A stretch of 55,548 bases of DNA, counting the filler, from Platydemus manokwari (lineage: Eukaryota): assembly GCA_037951405.1 (NCBI GenBank). It is 4 parts of 4 records of this genome, joined end to end, with 100 filler letters (N's around TTAATTAATTAA, not from the genome) between each part and the next. Parts side by side here need not be neighbours in the genome. Positions count along the whole stretch, not along the records: positions 43,070 to 55,548 come from JBBMOY010121121.1; 3 more parts are not named here. One strand, 5' to 3'. The position numbers and the translations under genes were made by a program. This document shows positions 51,370-55,548 of this stretch, one piece after another (the first letter of the stretch is position 1; every line of letters starts with the position of its first letter). The notes beneath the pieces were generated by a model. It saw only the letters and a list, made by a program, of their open reading frames with translations. It had not been told where the DNA came from and made no database searches.

Positions 51370-54300
51370 ATAATATTTTTTTAAATTTTATTTTGCTAAA
51401 TAATAGAGGAATATTTCCTGTGGACATTGATGTTTTAAATATTTAATGGGAATTTTATCAATGATAGTTTTTGATTATAAAATTCAATCATTAATTCGAG
51501 TCGAATTCCAAGCTCTCACTCGCTATTGTTGCTCGTAATTTTTTTTTCAGTCGTGCACTATTTTATATTAATTTGAATAATTATTAAGACATAATTTCAT
51601 TTTGGCTTGAAAATCTTCTAATAAAAATATAAAATTTGAAATCAGGTGCTATTAAACAGTTCTTATACTTTCATACATTTATATCACGGTATTCATACAA
51701 ATCACGAGATCAGTTATTATTATGCATATCAATAACGTTATAGTTGTTTTTAGTTCAGGTGCAATCAGCAACAAATATGGACTGAAAATGAATGTCATTA
51801 CCAAAAATATTCGATTAACTGTGATTCAATGATAATCTCAAATGTAATGATACTAATTAAATGACATATGGTTTGCAATCTCAGCAAATCTATACTTAAT
51901 TGTATAAAATTCTTCACTATGCTCGGAATTTTACTTCAATCAATGAAATACAATAGTGGAAATCGATTTGAATAACCTATTACATAATAAATATCAATTG
52001 ACGAATCAGAGATTGTTGAATACAAGGAATAAATAATTGATACTGCACATCCGAATAATTGCCTAATACCCCACAGACACCGGTTTTTATATCAATAAAA
52101 ACTATAATTAAAAAACAGAATGTATGAGTACTTGATTTCTCCTTGCGAGAAACCGTCATGGAGGAAACACAGACGCTAATGATTCCTTATATGATTTAAA
52201 ACATTAATTGGTGTAGATTTTAGAATATTTTATCTCAGAGCGTTTCATCTTCTGACAAGTAAAATGAAATATTTTAAGATGCGAAGCACGTTTTTCAGTA
52301 TGGACATTTGTGGCTTTCTAAATATATTTTCACTTTCTAAATATACTTTCACCTTTCTACCTACCCTTCGATGTCTTATTTTTCAGTGTTCATACGGTCT
52401 TTTTCTACCAAAATGTTTAATGTCAATACAGTTGAACTATGTAATTCTTAAAATGTTTGTTCATTATAATTAACATCAATTGATTAATTCATTCTTCTGA
52501 TTTTCTTGATGATTAAATGCGTAAGATTAATTAAGTCAAATGGATTTAGTTTTTTTTTTACCTTATTTCTAAATCAATCAACTTTCTTTACTACTTAGAT
52601 ATCTTTATCGGTACAGAAATTTGAAATAAATTATATAATATCATAATTTTTCGCAGAAATTTTTCAAATTTCGAAACCTTTTTTAGTGAGAAACTAATAA
52701 AACATCGATTGAAATATCGAGAACTAACAAAATTTTATAAATAATTTAGGCATAAAATCCCATTAAATTTTAATAATTTATTTTGGTTGAATTTGTATTG
52801 CTATATTAATAAATAATTAAGTTATAAATTTAAATAAGTATAAGTTAACTTCTTTATTTAAAATATTTTAATTAATGTTTTACAATATTTTTAAATTTGT
52901 TTGACGATAAAACTTAGTTATCAACCACAGTCATTAGACTTTAAATAAAATATAATTTCTTCAATAGTATATGATTTATAGATATCTAACTTTGCAACAT
53001 TTAATTTCGAAATTAAACAAAAATAGACTCAATACAAAAAAACAATTATGACCTTGTTTTAAATAATCATGACTAATCATTGAATGTAAGATATTTTTGA
53101 AAACCGTTATCTCGCTTTATTGGCAAAATTAATTTTCATTTTTATTTTGATATCTCATCACCATTATTGCAATGATATTTTTAAAATGTTATATATGGAT
53201 TTATTTTTTCTTTGGTATGTTTGGATTTTTATCACATTTCTTGATTTAATTCTACTCAACTAGTATGCCTGCACGATATTTTTGGTAAAGAAGCACCCAC
53301 TTCCCAATCTAGTAAATTCAAAGATTTTAAACTGATATATGAGAGTAATGGAGATAATGTTGATTCAGTTAATCTTCGAAAGAAAGATTATTCCAACAAA
53401 TGCTCCATATTTTGTGAAAATAAAAGCGAAAATGTCAGTGATTTTTTAAAATATTATGCCGCTATATCATTATTATAATTTTATTATTAATTCATCACAT
53501 TTGATATTTATAATTATTTTTAATTTGAAAATATGAATTTCAATGTTTAAAGATATTTTTGAAGATAAATTAGGAAAATACGTGGAATGGATTTGTTGAT
53601 AGGCAACACCATAATAATAGCACAACAGATATTAGGTGGTTGTAGGTTTGAAACCACTAATGAGTTATTTATAGTGTAATGAATTTGATGCCATGTCCGG
53701 TATTGATTAGATGAAATTAATACAAAATCGGTCTGTCAGTGTGCTATATACTGAAATTAATAATATTATTATTAATGATAAATATTATTGATGTCATTGT
53801 TATCATTATATTTCACAATGTAATTATATTTGTATGTTAATATTTAATAAAATATTTTGAATGAACAAATCATTAATTAATCAATAATAATTTATTTCAT
53901 TTTAAAATGATGATGAATAAAAATCTTGATTCAACCCGCAATATTGTTCTGCAAATAAAGCTTGTTTTTCTGCAACAATTTTTAACCCTACATCTCAGCG
54001 TATGTATTGGATTTAAATGTTTATTTATCTTTGTCACATCTGTTAACGAGGATGGATTTGGAAAAATTTGTCTGTTGGTAAAGTTCTGTCATCAAATCAA
54101 CACAAATCGTTGGACGTTATTGAATAAATCGAATAAATCCGAGTCAGAAATTGTTGATTTATAAGTTATTCTGTTTCGAGAATGGAATTATAAAATATTA
54201 TTTGCTTGGGTTTATTTCATGACAGATGTAAAATTGGAGAAATGATCCAGATTTCGAGAAATAATTCCCATGGGGATTTTGATAATTTTATTATTGGATA

Positions 54301-55548
54301 AACTTTCTGATTTGAAAAGATCGATTTGGATCACATCTTTCAATATTTTGCAATTTCTGTCAAGCTTGTCTTGAAACATATTCGATTGACGATCATTTAA
54401 TCGAAATTTTACTAAATTTTCATTATTATACGCTATAGAATCGCTATGACAATATTTCCAAATTTCCTTTTAGACAATCTCCTAATTAATTTTATTCAAA
54501 TTCCTCCAAGTCAATTCAAAAAACTTTGGTTAATGGCTGGAAATTGTTAAACTATTTAATAATCAACTAAAAATATCAAGCCCCCCCCCTCCCATCATCA
54601 CCGGATATCATGTTTCTTTTCTTCAATTTACAATATCATAATAAAATAAATATTTTCATCAAGAAGGTTCAAGTAAAATTTGTCCAATTATTATACTAGC
54701 TAAGAAAACATGTTTATATTTTATTATAATATTGATATGAATCGAAAATTCTGCAAGTGTGAACACCACTTGTTGATATCACTTAGTACCGGAAATGGAT
54801 TTTATTTTAGTAGAATCATTGTTTTTCATTTGCCGCTCGAATTTATCTATTTTTCAATTTGTAATCTTTATCCCAATTTGTTTGTGTGACGGAAATAATT
54901 TATTACTTCTGATAACAAGATTAATTAAATAATTAAAATTTAAAAATTTTACTAAAATTTTTAATTAAAAAATTCTTTGTCGTTTATTTTTGCAAAAATA
55001 TTTCAAACTATTTTTTATATTTCAGTTAACAAATATAATTTAAAAAAATATATTTTATTTGATTGTTATTATTTTTTAGATTTTTTGTTTATTTTATAAC
55101 TTATGCACTTAAACTCTATTAATAATAGCTCGCTCAATTCGCATTAATTATAAATCGATTCGGTAACTGCTATTTTTGACCAGTAATTTAATTCGTTTCC
55201 TATGATTCTCTTCGAATAATAGTAACATTTTAAAAATTCGTTTGGAAATGATTAAAATTTCACTTTAACAGACGAGGTTAAATTTGATTGGCTGGATTGG
55301 CGAAAGATAATTTACAAGAAATATCTCAAGATAGATTAACATTTCTAGTGCGTCCAATTATATTTATCGACAAATATACTCGCAGTGTTTGGTAATTCTA
55401 AGATGTCTCATTCTAAAATAGTAGTTTTATTAATTTTTTAAATCAATTTTTCATTAATATTAGTTCTTTTATATAATTCTAATTCTAAAAATTGTGAGAA
55501 GGTATATTAAGCTTTTTTAATTCAAAGTCGCACATGATATATCTCATT

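Noticed and set aside
53600-53665. tRNA/SINE-like GGTTTGAAACC motif
   Set aside because: No cloverleaf or convincing A-box.

Overview
This is very AT-rich eukaryotic (invertebrate) genomic DNA with many 40-60 nt GT-AG introns; the style is flatworm-like, but the species cannot be proven from sequence. It consists of four contigs joined by artificial 100-bp linkers (N44-TTAATTAATTAA-N44). Host genes, spliced by hand: the 5' part of an OSM-9/Inactive-type TRPV channel (-), cyclin K (+, head-to-head with TRPV), an intronless secreted protein (-), the phosphoinositide phosphatase SAC1 (+), the 5' end of TMEM184C (+, cut off before a gap), and the DEAD-box helicase DDX55/Spb4 (+, with unusual RNA-binding motifs). 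The remaining sequence holds many mobile-element relics: three Ty3/gypsy remnants, two restriction-like-endonuclease (R2/NeSL-type) non-LTR remnants, an LTR-like repeat in two copies, a possible piggyBac relic and a 39-bp minisatellite. The most notable signal is largely missed by the ORF track. It is a decayed endogenous adintovirus/Polinton-like virion module at ~18.1-20.6 kb (-), made of an adenain-type cysteine protease, a fibre-like gene (anchor motif, coiled coil, lectin-like head) and a parvovirus-type PLA2 motif. A second, diverged copy of the fibre head lies at ~1.35-1.9 kb, downstream of the last visible TRPV exon. Family assignments rest on motif recognition by eye; no database searches were run.
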